A stretch of DNA of 64,000 nucleotides from an uncultured Fidelibacterota bacterium. Lineage in GTDB: Bacteria; Fidelibacterota; Marinisomatia; Marinisomatales; UBA1611. This document shows, piece after piece, positions 30,433 to 40,630 of the stretch (its first letter is position 1; each line of letters starts with the position of its first letter). The stretch is taken from assembly GCA_913040915.1 (NCBI GenBank), contig CAJWHW010000007.1, positions 1 to 64,000 on the forward strand, given 5' to 3'. The notes under the pieces are model-generated. The model ran no database searches, was not told where the DNA came from, and was given only the letters and a program-made list of their open reading frames with translations. The translations under genes were made by a program, and so were the position numbers.

Positions 30433-31851
30433 CTAAGAATTGTTTCGAATTTTAATTAAATAATTTATTGCTTCTTCATAAGAATTTTCAATTTTTCCAT
30501 CTAATATAGCTTCCTCTATAGCATTTTTAATTTCCCCAACTTTACGGCCTTCTGTCAATCCACAAATAGTCATTATTTCATCACCGCGAACTGGAGATTG
30601 AAATGCTTTCATCGCATCCCGCTCCGCTACATTATTCATCTTGGATTCGACTTTTTCAAAATTTTTTAAATATTGTTTTACACGCTTGGAGTTTTTTGTT
30701 GTGATATCAGCTCTGCATAAGGTCATTAGATCATCTATATCTTCTCCTGCAGCAACCATTAGCCTCCTGACAGCCGAATCTGTAACAATATCTTTTACTA
30801 AAGCTATAGGACGGAGATGTAAAAGTGTTAACTTTTTTAAATATTCCTTTAAATCGTTGGGAAGTTTCATTCTATGGGCTACTTTGTTCAGCATACGCTC
30901 ACCAATCGCATCATGGCCGTGGAAAGTGTACCCCTTCTTATTATCAATCCTTCTGGTGCTTGGTTTCGCAATATCATGGACCAAGGCAGCAAACCTTAAT
31001 TCCATTTTTTCAGAAAGTTCTGCGGCATTATCCACCACTTGAAGAGTGTGTGCAAAAATATCCTTATGATGCCACTCCGATGTTTGTTCCATGCCATACA
31101 TAATATGTATTTCTGGGAATACTTTTTCCATGATTCCTGTTTTTTGCAAAATTACTAAACCTATGGAAGGTTTTTTTGTTTTTAAAATTTTGATGAATTC
31201 ATCGCGTATCCGTTCCCAAGAAACAATTTCAATTCTACTAGAATTTTTCTTCATTGAGTTTCTACATTCATGTTCAATTTTGAATCTCAATTTTGATGCA
31301 AAATAAGCAGCACGCATTATTCTAAGCGGATCTTCAGAAAATGTCTCATCTGGATTTGATGGTGTACGTAAAATTTTTTGATTAATATCCGTAATCCCTC
31401 CATAGGGGTCATAAAAATCTCCAAATGTCTTAGGTCGTATATCCATAGCCATAGCATTAATTGTAAAATCTCGCCGGAATAAATCACCCTTTAAATCAGT
31501 ATAAATTATCTTTGATGGTTTACGAGATTCTTCTTTGTATTCTTCGTATCTCGCAGTTGCCACTTCAATTTGGATTTTCTTAAATGGAATTAAGGCTGTG
31601 CCAAATTTTTTAAATGGAATAATATTTTTAACATCCAAACTCTCAGCTAACTTTTTAGCAAATGAGATACCCTCTCCCACCGTCATAATATCAATATCAT
31701 TTAATGGTTTTCCCATGATTAGATCACGTACAAATCCACCTACGACATAGACTTCTGTTCCATTCTTATCACCAAGTCGGCCCGCTAATTCCAAAACAAA
31801 GCGGACTTGGTTATATTTTTCATGATTTAATAAATCCTTTAGATTAGCCAT
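30433..31851 (-). CDS. CCA tRNA nucleotidyltransferase / poly(A) polymerase family with HD domain
   Basis: VGGFVRD, DIDI, EVATAR, RRDFTINAMA, EDPLRIMRA, ERIRDE, HT...HDIAKP. Confidence 0.93.
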   Translation of the reverse strand: MANLKDLLNHEKYNQVRFVLELAGRLGDKNGTEVYVVGGFVRDLIMGKPLNDIDIMTVGEGISFAKKLAESLDVKNIIPFKKFGTALIPFKKIQIEVATARYEEYKEESRKPSKIIYTDLKGDLFRRDFTINAMAMDIRPKTFGDFYDPYGGITDINQKILRTPSNPDETFSEDPLRIMRAAYFASKLRFKIEHECRNSMKKNSSRIEIVSWERIRDEFIKILKTKKPSIGLVILQKTGIMEKVFPEIHIMYGMEQTSEWHHKDIFAHTLQVVDNAAELSEKMELRFAALVHDIAKPSTRRIDNKKGYTFHGHDAIGERMLNKVAHRMKLPNDLKEYLKKLTLLHLRPIALVKDIVTDSAVRRLMVAAGEDIDDLMTLCRADITTKNSKRVKQYLKNFEKVESKMNNVAERDAMKAFQSPVRGDEIMTICGLTEGRKVGEIKNAIEEAILDGKIENSYEEAINYLIKIRNNS

Positions 31852-31925
31852 ATGGCGAAATTACCAAGATTAATTTTTGAAATAAACATCTTGAATACAA
31901 AGATCACTCTCATCAATTTTGCCCC

Positions 31926-32768
31926 ATGGTAAAAAGAGTCACAATCATTTTTCTTTTTCTTACTGCTAATTTGGCTGCCCAATTTGGTTCCGTTGATATC
32001 AATTTTGACACACGTCTACTCCGTAGTAATGAGAAGCAGGAGATTGTTAATCTCCAAAGTGATATACAGCGTTTTTTCTTAACCACAAGTTGGGACGAAT
32101 CATACAGTGATTTGGAAATTCATCTCCATATCCAATTGGTCTTTGAAGGTATTACAGCAAAAGGGAATGAAAAAATATTCAGTTGCCAAGCTTTATTTTC
32201 CAATGGTAGCGACATTCGTTTTTTTGATAAAAGTGTGCAATTCATTTATAATTCAGGGTCCAGTCTTTACTTTGACCCAGTACTTTTTGAACCTTTATCT
32301 GGATTTCTCGCTTATTATGCACATTTAGTATTAGGGGGAGAAATTGATACCTACGAATTCAATGGAGGAAATATTGCATATGAAGCAGCCCGGGATATTG
32401 CCCTTCGCGGATCAGCTTCATTATATAAGAAAGGGTGGGGCAATCGAATAACTTTAGTGGACGATATAAATCGAAACATAGGATTGCGTAAAGCTCGTCT
32501 TGCTTGGTACATTGCCATGGATTTATTTAAAGATGGTGAATTAGAAGGAACTATTACAGAAATAAATAATATGCTGGATGGCATTGAACAATCATATAGG
32601 GATTTAGGTAGAGATCACCATACCCAGTATTTTTTAAAAGTTCAATCAGGCCCCATAGCCAGAATTTTGGCTATGATGGGACGGAGAGAATTATTAATGG
32701 ATATGAAAGAATTAGACCCTGATCGACGGGATTTTTATCAGGAAGCCTTAGACTCGATTTCAAAATAA
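31926..32768 (+). CDS. DUF4835-family protein (T9SS PorD-like)
   Basis: Signal peptide (..LAA|QF); FFD....F.Y....L.F....F..L...LAYYA..VLG...DTY..NGG..Y..A......A.....GW pattern recalled for DUF4835. Confidence 0.7.
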   Translation: MVKRVTIIFLFLTANLAAQFGSVDINFDTRLLRSNEKQEIVNLQSDIQRFFLTTSWDESYSDLEIHLHIQLVFEGITAKGNEKIFSCQALFSNGSDIRFFDKSVQFIYNSGSSLYFDPVLFEPLSGFLAYYAHLVLGGEIDTYEFNGGNIAYEAARDIALRGSASLYKKGWGNRITLVDDINRNIGLRKARLAWYIAMDLFKDGELEGTITEINNMLDGIEQSYRDLGRDHHTQYFLKVQSGPIARILAMMGRRELLMDMKELDPDRRDFYQEALDSISK

Positions 32769-33787
32769 GTCTTTTTACCGCCTAAGTAATGGACTAACAC
32801 AATTGCAGTCTTTGCCATATTGGCCATAATTATTTTACTGCTGACTTTTCTTAATTTTCTATACCGAGCCCTTTTCTTTAAAATCGTAATCGGATGTAAA
32901 AATATCCAGAGTAATGACCTAAGTATACCTGTCAGATGGTTCCAATCCATCTTCACAAGGGCATACCCCAAGGCTACAAACTCAAGCATAAAACGAATGA
33001 ATCCTATGTAAAATATGATTGGAAAAGAATAATTCCCAAATAACATGAGTAGGGAATTGCGATGATTTAGATAATATTTCCGGTGAGTATGCATTGGAAG
33101 AGAAACAGCATTTTTATGATATACAACGGATTGTGGTTCAACCCAGACTTCATAGCCCATAGCCTGAAACCGCCAACATAAATCAATTTCTTCCATATGG
33201 GAAAAAAAAGTTTCATCAAATTTTCCTGCTTCAAAAAATATATCTTTTCGGACCATCATAGCTGTTCCAGATGTCCAAAAACAGGATTCTGCAGTGTTAT
33301 ATTGACCTTGATCTTTTTCTTGTTCCAAAAAAATACGCCCTCGGGCAAATGGATAACAAAATATATCCATATGGCCACCTGCTCCTCCGGCATAATCAAA
33401 AATATTTTTTTGATAATAATTTAGGATTTTAGGTTGAATAGAAGCGATGAAGTCGTTCTTGTCCAGTTTATCTACCAAAGGAGGTAGCCAGTCAGAGTCT
33501 TGAGTAGTATCATTATTTAAAAATAATAGGTATTTTCCATTGGCTTTTTCAGCACCACGATTACATCCACCGGCATATCCATAATTTTGATCATTTTCAA
33601 TAAGGATGATATCAGGATGGTTGGTCTTAATCCATTCCTGACTTCCATCAATAGATGCATTATCAATTATAATGATTTCAAATGATTCATAATTGGATTG
33701 CTTTAAAGTCGATATACATTCAGACAGGACTTCAATTCCATTCCAGTGGGGAATAATAATGGAAACTGTTGGCTGTGATTTGGTCAT
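32738..33787 (-). CDS. GT2-family glycosyltransferase
   Basis: VSIIIPHWNG, IDNASIDGS, N.GYAGGCN, FLNND, HMEEIDLCWR; 31-bp convergent overlap with the DUF4835 gene. Confidence 0.93.
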   Translation of the reverse strand: MTKSQPTVSIIIPHWNGIEVLSECISTLKQSNYESFEIIIIDNASIDGSQEWIKTNHPDIILIENDQNYGYAGGCNRGAEKANGKYLLFLNNDTTQDSDWLPPLVDKLDKNDFIASIQPKILNYYQKNIFDYAGGAGGHMDIFCYPFARGRIFLEQEKDQGQYNTAESCFWTSGTAMMVRKDIFFEAGKFDETFFSHMEEIDLCWRFQAMGYEVWVEPQSVVYHKNAVSLPMHTHRKYYLNHRNSLLMLFGNYSFPIIFYIGFIRFMLEFVALGYALVKMDWNHLTGILRSLLWIFLHPITILKKRARYRKLRKVSSKIIMANMAKTAIVLVHYLGGKKTYFEIESKAS

Positions 33788-33802
33788 GATGACCTATTTA
33801 GA

Positions 33803-36751
33803 TTATTCAGCTGAACGTATTTCTTCCAGAATCTTTTTGGCATTTTTATCAGATGGGTTCCTATCCACCCAATCAGATAAAATTAACTCTGCATCCATCA
33901 AACGATCATTATTTCTATAAATATAAACCAAGGATGAAACTAACTCCGGAAAACTGCTCTGCCATTGGGCCCATTTATTTTTTGTTACAGATTTTTTTCC
34001 AAATCCTCTTGTTTTCACCATACCTTCCAACTGGAAAAATTCCAGACGCATTTCTTCCAAAATATCTAAGGCTCTTTCAGTATCATTCAATTCTCTAAAA
34101 TATATATTCGCATATTCCACCCGGTTGGACGGTTTACCTTTTTTACGATCTACCAATTGATCCATGATATCTCTCATAGATTTCTTCTCATCCAAATCAC
34201 CATAGAGTCTTGCCACCTGATAATGCAGGTCTTCTGACTGAATTGGAATGGTCTCAACTGGAATGTTTTGTTCCATTTTATCTAAAGTTTGAATGATTTT
34301 ATTTCTCAATTCAGCCAATTTTAATTCATCTTTATTTTTGTCACGACGATCTTCCCGCTGATAATCCATATAATAATCCACTGCTAACTGCATATACGCA
34401 CTACGATAATTTTGAAGCAAACGTTGAGTTTGTTTATTAAAATAAACTTTATCATTACCAAGGTTTCTAAACATGTAACCCGGCTGATAATCTCGAGACC
34501 AATTTAAATAATCAGAACTTTTAGGCTGATAAAAATTAGCTGGTTCAAATTCTGTTGACCAGATTTTGGTTCCCACATCTGTCAATAGATTATCATACAT
34601 ACGTTCTGAGTCTATCGGGTCTGTCTTATGGCTTTTCAATTGAAAAGTCAGGCCCTGCATATCAAGGTAATTATCTAGTCCGATCCTATTTTTCTGAGAG
34701 ACAGTTACCGCAAAATAAATAGGTACTCGCCAACCGGCATCACTGATGATACGCATGATCATCATGTCCTGAACACGAAGAGCTTGATTACCATAGGTCG
34801 GTTTCATTTCCCATTCGATAAATCCATTATCATTTTCAGGGTCATTATATACAGGTACTTTCACATTTTGCTTTTCCCATCGTGTCAGACTGGATGTTAA
34901 TTGATCAATTTGTCTATCAGATAAATTAATAAATCTGGTTTCTTTAGGACGCCAGTCTCTCTGCTGTTTGATATACCAAGGTGTATTTAAAAGACTCAAA
35001 TTCACCACGGCTACATCCGTTCTAACTTTTTCCACTTCCTGCAAATACCAAAGGGGAAAAGTATCATTGTCTCCATTTGTAAAAATTACCGCATTAGGTT
35101 TACAAGATTGTAGAATATTGTAACTATAATCCCATGCTACATAATTACCGGAGCGATCGTGCGTATGATAATTTGCTTTTGCCATAACTACTGGTATGAA
35201 AATAATTTGAAGTATGAGAGCCATTACTACCAACCTCCGACTTACTTCCTTATCATTGAACCATTGAATAATTTTTTCACTGATGGCAGATGCACCGATT
35301 CCTACCCAGATAGCAAAGGCAAAAAAGCTCCCTACATATGAATAATCCCGTTCTCTTGGCTGGGGATCATCTTGATTTAAATACAATATAATGGCATAGC
35401 CAGTCATAATAAAAAGAGCCAAAATAGAAAAAGCCATCCGATCGTCCCGATAGGCATGATAGAACATGCCTATAAGCCCAAGAAAAAATGCCAATGGTAA
35501 GCCAAACTGAGTCCAATCAACACCATCTTCCCTATTATTAGCACCCATAGCAGTTACATATAGATCTTTCGACGAACCTCTTCCAGCAAACTGCCATAAA
35601 AAGTAACGGTTATACATTTTTCTAATTTGATAATCCCAAAAGAAGTCCCATTGCTTACCAGTTTGGTATTTTTTATATTTATTTTGCTGAGCAGATGTAA
35701 AAGTTCGCCCCGGACCTTCAGGATATCCTGAAACCTCATGCAATGGCGGGATACCATTAAATCGTCTTGGGAACATACCGACATCACCATATTGTTCACG
35801 TTCAAGATAAGAGATAAATGCTTCTACAGTTTCGGGATCATTTTCATCAATTCCTGGATCTTGATTAGAGCGAATAAAAATCATAGCATAAGTAGAATAT
35901 CCAATAAGAACTAATACCGCAGAAGTCATTGCAACAGAAGTTAAACGTTTTTGATTTACAATCGCCCAAATCATCCCACTAAAAACCACTATAATAAGCC
36001 CAGCAGTTGCGCCAACACCAATAGAGGCGGCAATCTTTGGCAAACCTTTGATAATGATATTATGAATGATATAGAAAACAATACCTGTAATAAAAATAGT
36101 GATACCAAACGACTTTATTTCAAATTTATATTTTCTGAAATAAATAATAAGAGCTACGAATGGTAACGTAAGAAGATTCAATAAGTGAAGCCCTGTTGCT
36201 AAACCAATCATATAGGCAATAATTAATATGTACCGTTCGTGGCCAGGATCATCAGCTTTTTCGCTCCAATGTAAAATTAGCCAAACTACAATTGCTGTAA
36301 AAAAGGTACTGAATGCATAAACTTCTGCTTCCACTGCATTAAACCAATGGCTATCAGTAAAAGCAAAAACCAAAGACCCTAAAATAGCACCACCAAATGC
36401 AACCAGTACATCATCAGCTGTTTCTAACTTGCCTCGCCAATGCGCAACAACCTGAACAATGATTAAATATAAAAACATTACAGCAAATGCACTAGCCAGG
36501 GGAGATAATAGATTTACTCTGAAAGCTATGTCCTCATTAAGAGGAATCATGGATGCTATTCGACCAAGTAATAGGAAAAATGGGCTCCCCGGTGGATGAG
36601 GTACGCCAAGAGTATGGGAAACTGCGATAAATTCGCCACAATCCCAATATGAGACTGTAGGAGCCATGGTATCAAAATACACAAAAAAAGAAATAAGAAA
36701 TATGGTAACTGCCAGTATTCTGTTGAGCCTGATATAATTTGTGCCTATCAC
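33803..36751 (-). CDS. DUF2723 / TMEM260-like (GT-C fold) membrane glycosyltransferase
   Basis: APTVSYWDCGEFIA...LGVPHPPG.P, AVEAEVY, YLEREQYG, PRERDYSYVGSF, FTNGDNDTFPLWY.QEVE; many TM helices. Confidence 0.9.
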   Translation of the reverse strand: MIGTNYIRLNRILAVTIFLISFFVYFDTMAPTVSYWDCGEFIAVSHTLGVPHPPGSPFFLLLGRIASMIPLNEDIAFRVNLLSPLASAFAVMFLYLIIVQVVAHWRGKLETADDVLVAFGGAILGSLVFAFTDSHWFNAVEAEVYAFSTFFTAIVVWLILHWSEKADDPGHERYILIIAYMIGLATGLHLLNLLTLPFVALIIYFRKYKFEIKSFGITIFITGIVFYIIHNIIIKGLPKIAASIGVGATAGLIIVVFSGMIWAIVNQKRLTSVAMTSAVLVLIGYSTYAMIFIRSNQDPGIDENDPETVEAFISYLEREQYGDVGMFPRRFNGIPPLHEVSGYPEGPGRTFTSAQQNKYKKYQTGKQWDFFWDYQIRKMYNRYFLWQFAGRGSSKDLYVTAMGANNREDGVDWTQFGLPLAFFLGLIGMFYHAYRDDRMAFSILALFIMTGYAIILYLNQDDPQPRERDYSYVGSFFAFAIWVGIGASAISEKIIQWFNDKEVSRRLVVMALILQIIFIPVVMAKANYHTHDRSGNYVAWDYSYNILQSCKPNAVIFTNGDNDTFPLWYLQEVEKVRTDVAVVNLSLLNTPWYIKQQRDWRPKETRFINLSDRQIDQLTSSLTRWEKQNVKVPVYNDPENDNGFIEWEMKPTYGNQALRVQDMMIMRIISDAGWRVPIYFAVTVSQKNRIGLDNYLDMQGLTFQLKSHKTDPIDSERMYDNLLTDVGTKIWSTEFEPANFYQPKSSDYLNWSRDYQPGYMFRNLGNDKVYFNKQTQRLLQNYRSAYMQLAVDYYMDYQREDRRDKNKDELKLAELRNKIIQTLDKMEQNIPVETIPIQSEDLHYQVARLYGDLDEKKSMRDIMDQLVDRKKGKPSNRVEYANIYFRELNDTERALDILEEMRLEFFQLEGMVKTRGFGKKSVTKNKWAQWQSSFPELVSSLVYIYRNNDRLMDAELILSDWVDRNPSDKNAKKILEEIRSAE

Positions 36752-36754
36752 GGG

Positions 36755-37120
36755 TTATTCTTCTCCAGTTTTATCATAGGATAAATTCTCATTTGTTTGC
36801 AAAGTTGGATCATTATTATCATCATTTTTTTGAATAATATTATTTCCCATCTTATCCTTTTCATCCATAAAAGACATTTTGAGTTCACTAACCGTGTTAA
36901 TGAGTAGTTGTTCCTCATATTCAGATAGATTACCTTTCATCTTTACCTCTATCATATCTAATAAATCAATATAAAAAGATGCTTGGTTGATATTCTTTTC
37001 AACTTTTTTTGTCATAGGATTCTTCATTTTACCTAAAGCAATCCAAGCACTAGACTGAAAAGTCCCCACCAGGTACATAAATAATTTTTGATTTTTATTT
37101 TCTGTTGTTTGAGACATCAT
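36755..37120 (-). CDS. DUF1844-like small protein
   Basis: F..LV..FQSSAWIALGK..NP.T......QA...ID.L.M...K.KGNL..E..LL...SEL. Confidence 0.8.
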   Translation of the reverse strand: MMSQTTENKNQKLFMYLVGTFQSSAWIALGKMKNPMTKKVEKNINQASFYIDLLDMIEVKMKGNLSEYEEQLLINTVSELKMSFMDEKDKMGNNIIQKNDDNNDPTLQTNENLSYDKTGEE

Positions 37121-37200
37121 ACTTACTAAAAAATTTAATAATGCTACTTGTAAAGCCGGGGAATTTAATTCCTAGAATATATAGACCAAATGAGGAATAG

Positions 37201-39273
37201 TTAAGATAATTTTATATCGTTAATGCGGTCAGCATAGACATGTAAAAATATTTTACGTAGCTCTTGATGATTATCATCATTCAATTTTGGATCATTATGA
37301 ACGATCTCAAATGCTGCTTCTCTGGCATCCTTGATAATATCAAAATCCAATACCATATTTGCAATTTTATACTTTAAAAACCCTGATTGTTTTAATCCAA
37401 AAAATTCTCCCGGGCCCCGCAATTTTAGGTCTTTATCAGCTATCACAAACCCATCATTCGTTTCTTCCATTATATTTAATCGAACTCGAGATGTATCTGT
37501 CAAACTGTGCTTTACGAGGATGCAATAACTATTTTCTGCACCACGGCCAACTCTACCTCTAAGTTGGTGTAATTGTGTCAATCCAAATCGTTCAGCATGT
37601 TCTACCAACATAATGGTTGCATTGGGTATGTTTACACCAACTTCAACTACTGTAGTTGATACAAGAATATTTAAATGATTCTTGGCAAATTTGCTCATTA
37701 TATTTTCTTTGTCTTCTGCTTTCATTTTTCCATGTATTAATCCCACATTAAGATTGGGAAAGATAATCTCATTTAGTTTTTGGTGAGCTTCAACTGCTGC
37801 TGCTAAATCTGATTTTTCAGATTCTTCAACCAATGGATAAATAATCATACACTGTTTTCCGGACTTTACTTCATCTCGTATAAATTGATATACTTTTGGA
37901 ATTCTAGCTGGTTCTATAACTTTCGTGACTATTGGAATTCGATTTGCTGGCATTTCATCTATTATTGACAAATCCATATCACCATGATAGGTTATGGATA
38001 GTGTTCTGGGTATTGGCGTTGCGGTCATTGCTAGGAAATGGGGACTGAGTCCCTTCTTAATAAGGTTAGCTCTTTGATTCACACCAAAACGGTGCTGTTC
38101 ATCAACAATAACTAAACCAAGGTTTTTAAAATTTACATCATCTTGAATCAATGCATGGGTTCCAATTAACACAGAAATCTTTCCAGATGCTAATGCTTCT
38201 ATGATAGGTCCCCTTTCAGATTTTTTCATATTACCCACTAAGAGTGCGCAGGAAATTTTCGCCTTATTCAATTCTTTATTGAATGAATTGAAATGCTGAT
38301 TCGCTAATATTTCTGTGGGCACCATTACAGCAACCTGAACACCATTACCAACAGCCAATGCTGAAACCAATATTGAAACAATTGTTTTTCCTGAACCCAC
38401 ATCACCTTGTAATAAACGATTCATTGAGACTGCCTTTTTCAGGTCAAAATGAATTTCTTTGATTACTTTTTTCTGAGAGTTTGTCAATTCAAAATTCAAT
38501 GATTCTGAAATTATTTTAAAATATGGACCAATGTCATTTAATGGAATCGTACCAGCGTATTGTAAATTCTTTTTCCGGAGCGCCATGAGAAGTTGTAAAA
38601 AAAAGTGCTCGTCAAATTTTAACCTTCTAATTGCATGATCCAAATTGCTAATTCTATCCGAGAAATGAATATCATTAAGTGCTTTACGAAGATCAATTAA
38701 ATTGTATTTTTCTAAAATAGATGAAGGAAAAATTTCTGGGATGGAAATGTTGGTTGATAAGACATCTTGCACTAAACCCCTTAAAATACGTTGGTCTAAA
38801 CCAACTTCTTTTAATTCTTTTGTTAGAGGATAAAGTGGTATCACCTTACCAGTACTTGCAGGGTCATCATCTTTATCTAATTTATCGAATTCTGGATGTG
38901 TGATTGTAAATCCATTGTAAAAGTCCACCTTCCCATGAATTGCTATTTTATCTCCAATTTGAAATAGATTTTTTATATATCGAATTCCATTAAACCATGT
39001 CAAAGTCAATAAACCAGTTCCATCATTAACAATAGCTTGAAAAATTTTACCTCTGCGAGTTGATTTTTCTCCAAATGTCTCCACCTTGCCAATTAAGGTT
39101 ACTATATCTCCCTTGGTGAAATTTCGAATAGGAGATATTGTAGTACGATCTAGATAGCGTCTAGGAAAATAATAAAGTAATTCGTGAACATTGGATACGC
39201 CATGATCAATTAATGCTTTCTCTCGCCTTGGTCCAATGCCTTTGATTTGCGAGATTGGCGTTGAAAGTTTCAA
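37201..39273 (-). CDS. recG: ATP-dependent DNA helicase RecG
   Basis: LQGDVGSGKT, DEQHRFG, MTATPIPRTL, HQLRGRVGRG, DLKLRGPGE; TTG start at 39273 preferred. Confidence 0.97.
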   Translation of the reverse strand: MKLSTPISQIKGIGPRREKALIDHGVSNVHELLYYFPRRYLDRTTISPIRNFTKGDIVTLIGKVETFGEKSTRRGKIFQAIVNDGTGLLTLTWFNGIRYIKNLFQIGDKIAIHGKVDFYNGFTITHPEFDKLDKDDDPASTGKVIPLYPLTKELKEVGLDQRILRGLVQDVLSTNISIPEIFPSSILEKYNLIDLRKALNDIHFSDRISNLDHAIRRLKFDEHFFLQLLMALRKKNLQYAGTIPLNDIGPYFKIISESLNFELTNSQKKVIKEIHFDLKKAVSMNRLLQGDVGSGKTIVSILVSALAVGNGVQVAVMVPTEILANQHFNSFNKELNKAKISCALLVGNMKKSERGPIIEALASGKISVLIGTHALIQDDVNFKNLGLVIVDEQHRFGVNQRANLIKKGLSPHFLAMTATPIPRTLSITYHGDMDLSIIDEMPANRIPIVTKVIEPARIPKVYQFIRDEVKSGKQCMIIYPLVEESEKSDLAAAVEAHQKLNEIIFPNLNVGLIHGKMKAEDKENIMSKFAKNHLNILVSTTVVEVGVNIPNATIMLVEHAERFGLTQLHQLRGRVGRGAENSYCILVKHSLTDTSRVRLNIMEETNDGFVIADKDLKLRGPGEFFGLKQSGFLKYKIANMVLDFDIIKDAREAAFEIVHNDPKLNDDNHQELRKIFLHVYADRINDIKLS

Positions 39274-39292
39274 ATTAGTTCCCCGATTGGGG

Positions 39293-40630
39293 TTATTTCC
39301 ATTCTTTCCTGTAAGTATAATAGACAATTTTTGTTTCACCGGCACTCAGAGATAACGGAAAGTGGATAGTTGAAGCATCCTTTTTTAGGTAGTTCAATGA
39401 CTCATCCTTTATAACCCAGTCACCATTAATATGTTCAACTAACAAAGCATTTATATTTTCATTTCTAGCATTAGTCACTTGAACTTCAATAACGGCTTCC
39501 TCACTTTTTCTTTGACGATCATAATTCAAAACACGGCGTTTTCCAATTACATCAAAAGCCCTGCCAGAAACCAATTTAGTGGACTGCCCTTTTGGTACTT
39601 GACCCATATCATCTGCGCCAATGTATTCTAACCCACCCGCTTCAGTGAAAGAATACATTTCAACTTTACCACCAGGTAGCGATATACCCAAACCATTGGA
39701 TTCTGTATTCTCCATCGTTATGCGAACTTCCATTGGTTCCTCCTTTTGCCGCCTTTCACTATTCTCAAAAACATATGTTTTTATATATCCTACATCCAGA
39801 GGGCCATACATACGAACTGTTAAATTTTCCTTTGCTTCAAGATCATGGATGTCATTTAATGCATAAATATGATAGTCACCCAATTCGCCTTTCTCCATCA
39901 TAGGTTTAATACTTTCTGACGCCATAGCCGAATGAGCAATACGACTTGGCCTTGGCTTTTTTTTCCCGGCTTGGTTTAAATGACCCTCTACCAATTGAAG
40001 TTTTGCACCCTCAAATTCCATATCGGAACTGTTTGCAATTACCGCTTCTGCGATAAGTTCTCCTTTTTCCTCATCTAACATTTTCAAACGGTAAACTGTC
40101 GACCAAGAAAAATTCTTTGATTTATAAACCAATTCTCCCTTAACAATTTTTTCTTCTTTGGATTGCAGATCCCAAGATAAAAATGGATTAAAGGTAGGGG
40201 CATCTATATCACCATTCCCACTTCCTAAAAATTCTAGTTCGTTACGATTAAATGATAAAATACCTTTATTATGAGAAATAGTCACAGATCCACTGCTAAT
40301 TTCCAATAAAGTTCCTTTTACAACTTTACTACCTTTAGGTTTTACTTGAATTTCTTCACCTCGCAGTTTTTTGAAATAATCAGTACCTGTGAAAATATTA
40401 TCATTAAATCTTTGAGAAATGATAACAGCACCATCCAAATTCAAAAATGGGGTGTCTCGATGGATGCCATTTGGTAAACTGCTCCAAGTGACATAACTAA
40501 GCCCTGATGGTATAGACCAACCAACAGGTTGTTTTATAAGGGCTGTTCCGTCTTTATAGATAGTCAGAGTGGCATCTTCAGACTGCGCTATTATAAATCC
40601 TGTTAGCAATAAAGAACTCAATAATCTCAT
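39293..40630 (-). CDS. DUF4139-domain secreted protein
   Basis: Signal peptide (..IIA|QS); LTIYKDG.AL, W...Y, A.LQLVEG, GLG.SLPGGKV, G.AFDV, VE. Confidence 0.75.
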   Translation of the reverse strand: MRLLSSLLLTGFIIAQSEDATLTIYKDGTALIKQPVGWSIPSGLSYVTWSSLPNGIHRDTPFLNLDGAVIISQRFNDNIFTGTDYFKKLRGEEIQVKPKGSKVVKGTLLEISSGSVTISHNKGILSFNRNELEFLGSGNGDIDAPTFNPFLSWDLQSKEEKIVKGELVYKSKNFSWSTVYRLKMLDEEKGELIAEAVIANSSDMEFEGAKLQLVEGHLNQAGKKKPRPSRIAHSAMASESIKPMMEKGELGDYHIYALNDIHDLEAKENLTVRMYGPLDVGYIKTYVFENSERRQKEEPMEVRITMENTESNGLGISLPGGKVEMYSFTEAGGLEYIGADDMGQVPKGQSTKLVSGRAFDVIGKRRVLNYDRQRKSEEAVIEVQVTNARNENINALLVEHINGDWVIKDESLNYLKKDASTIHFPLSLSAGETKIVYYTYRKEWK

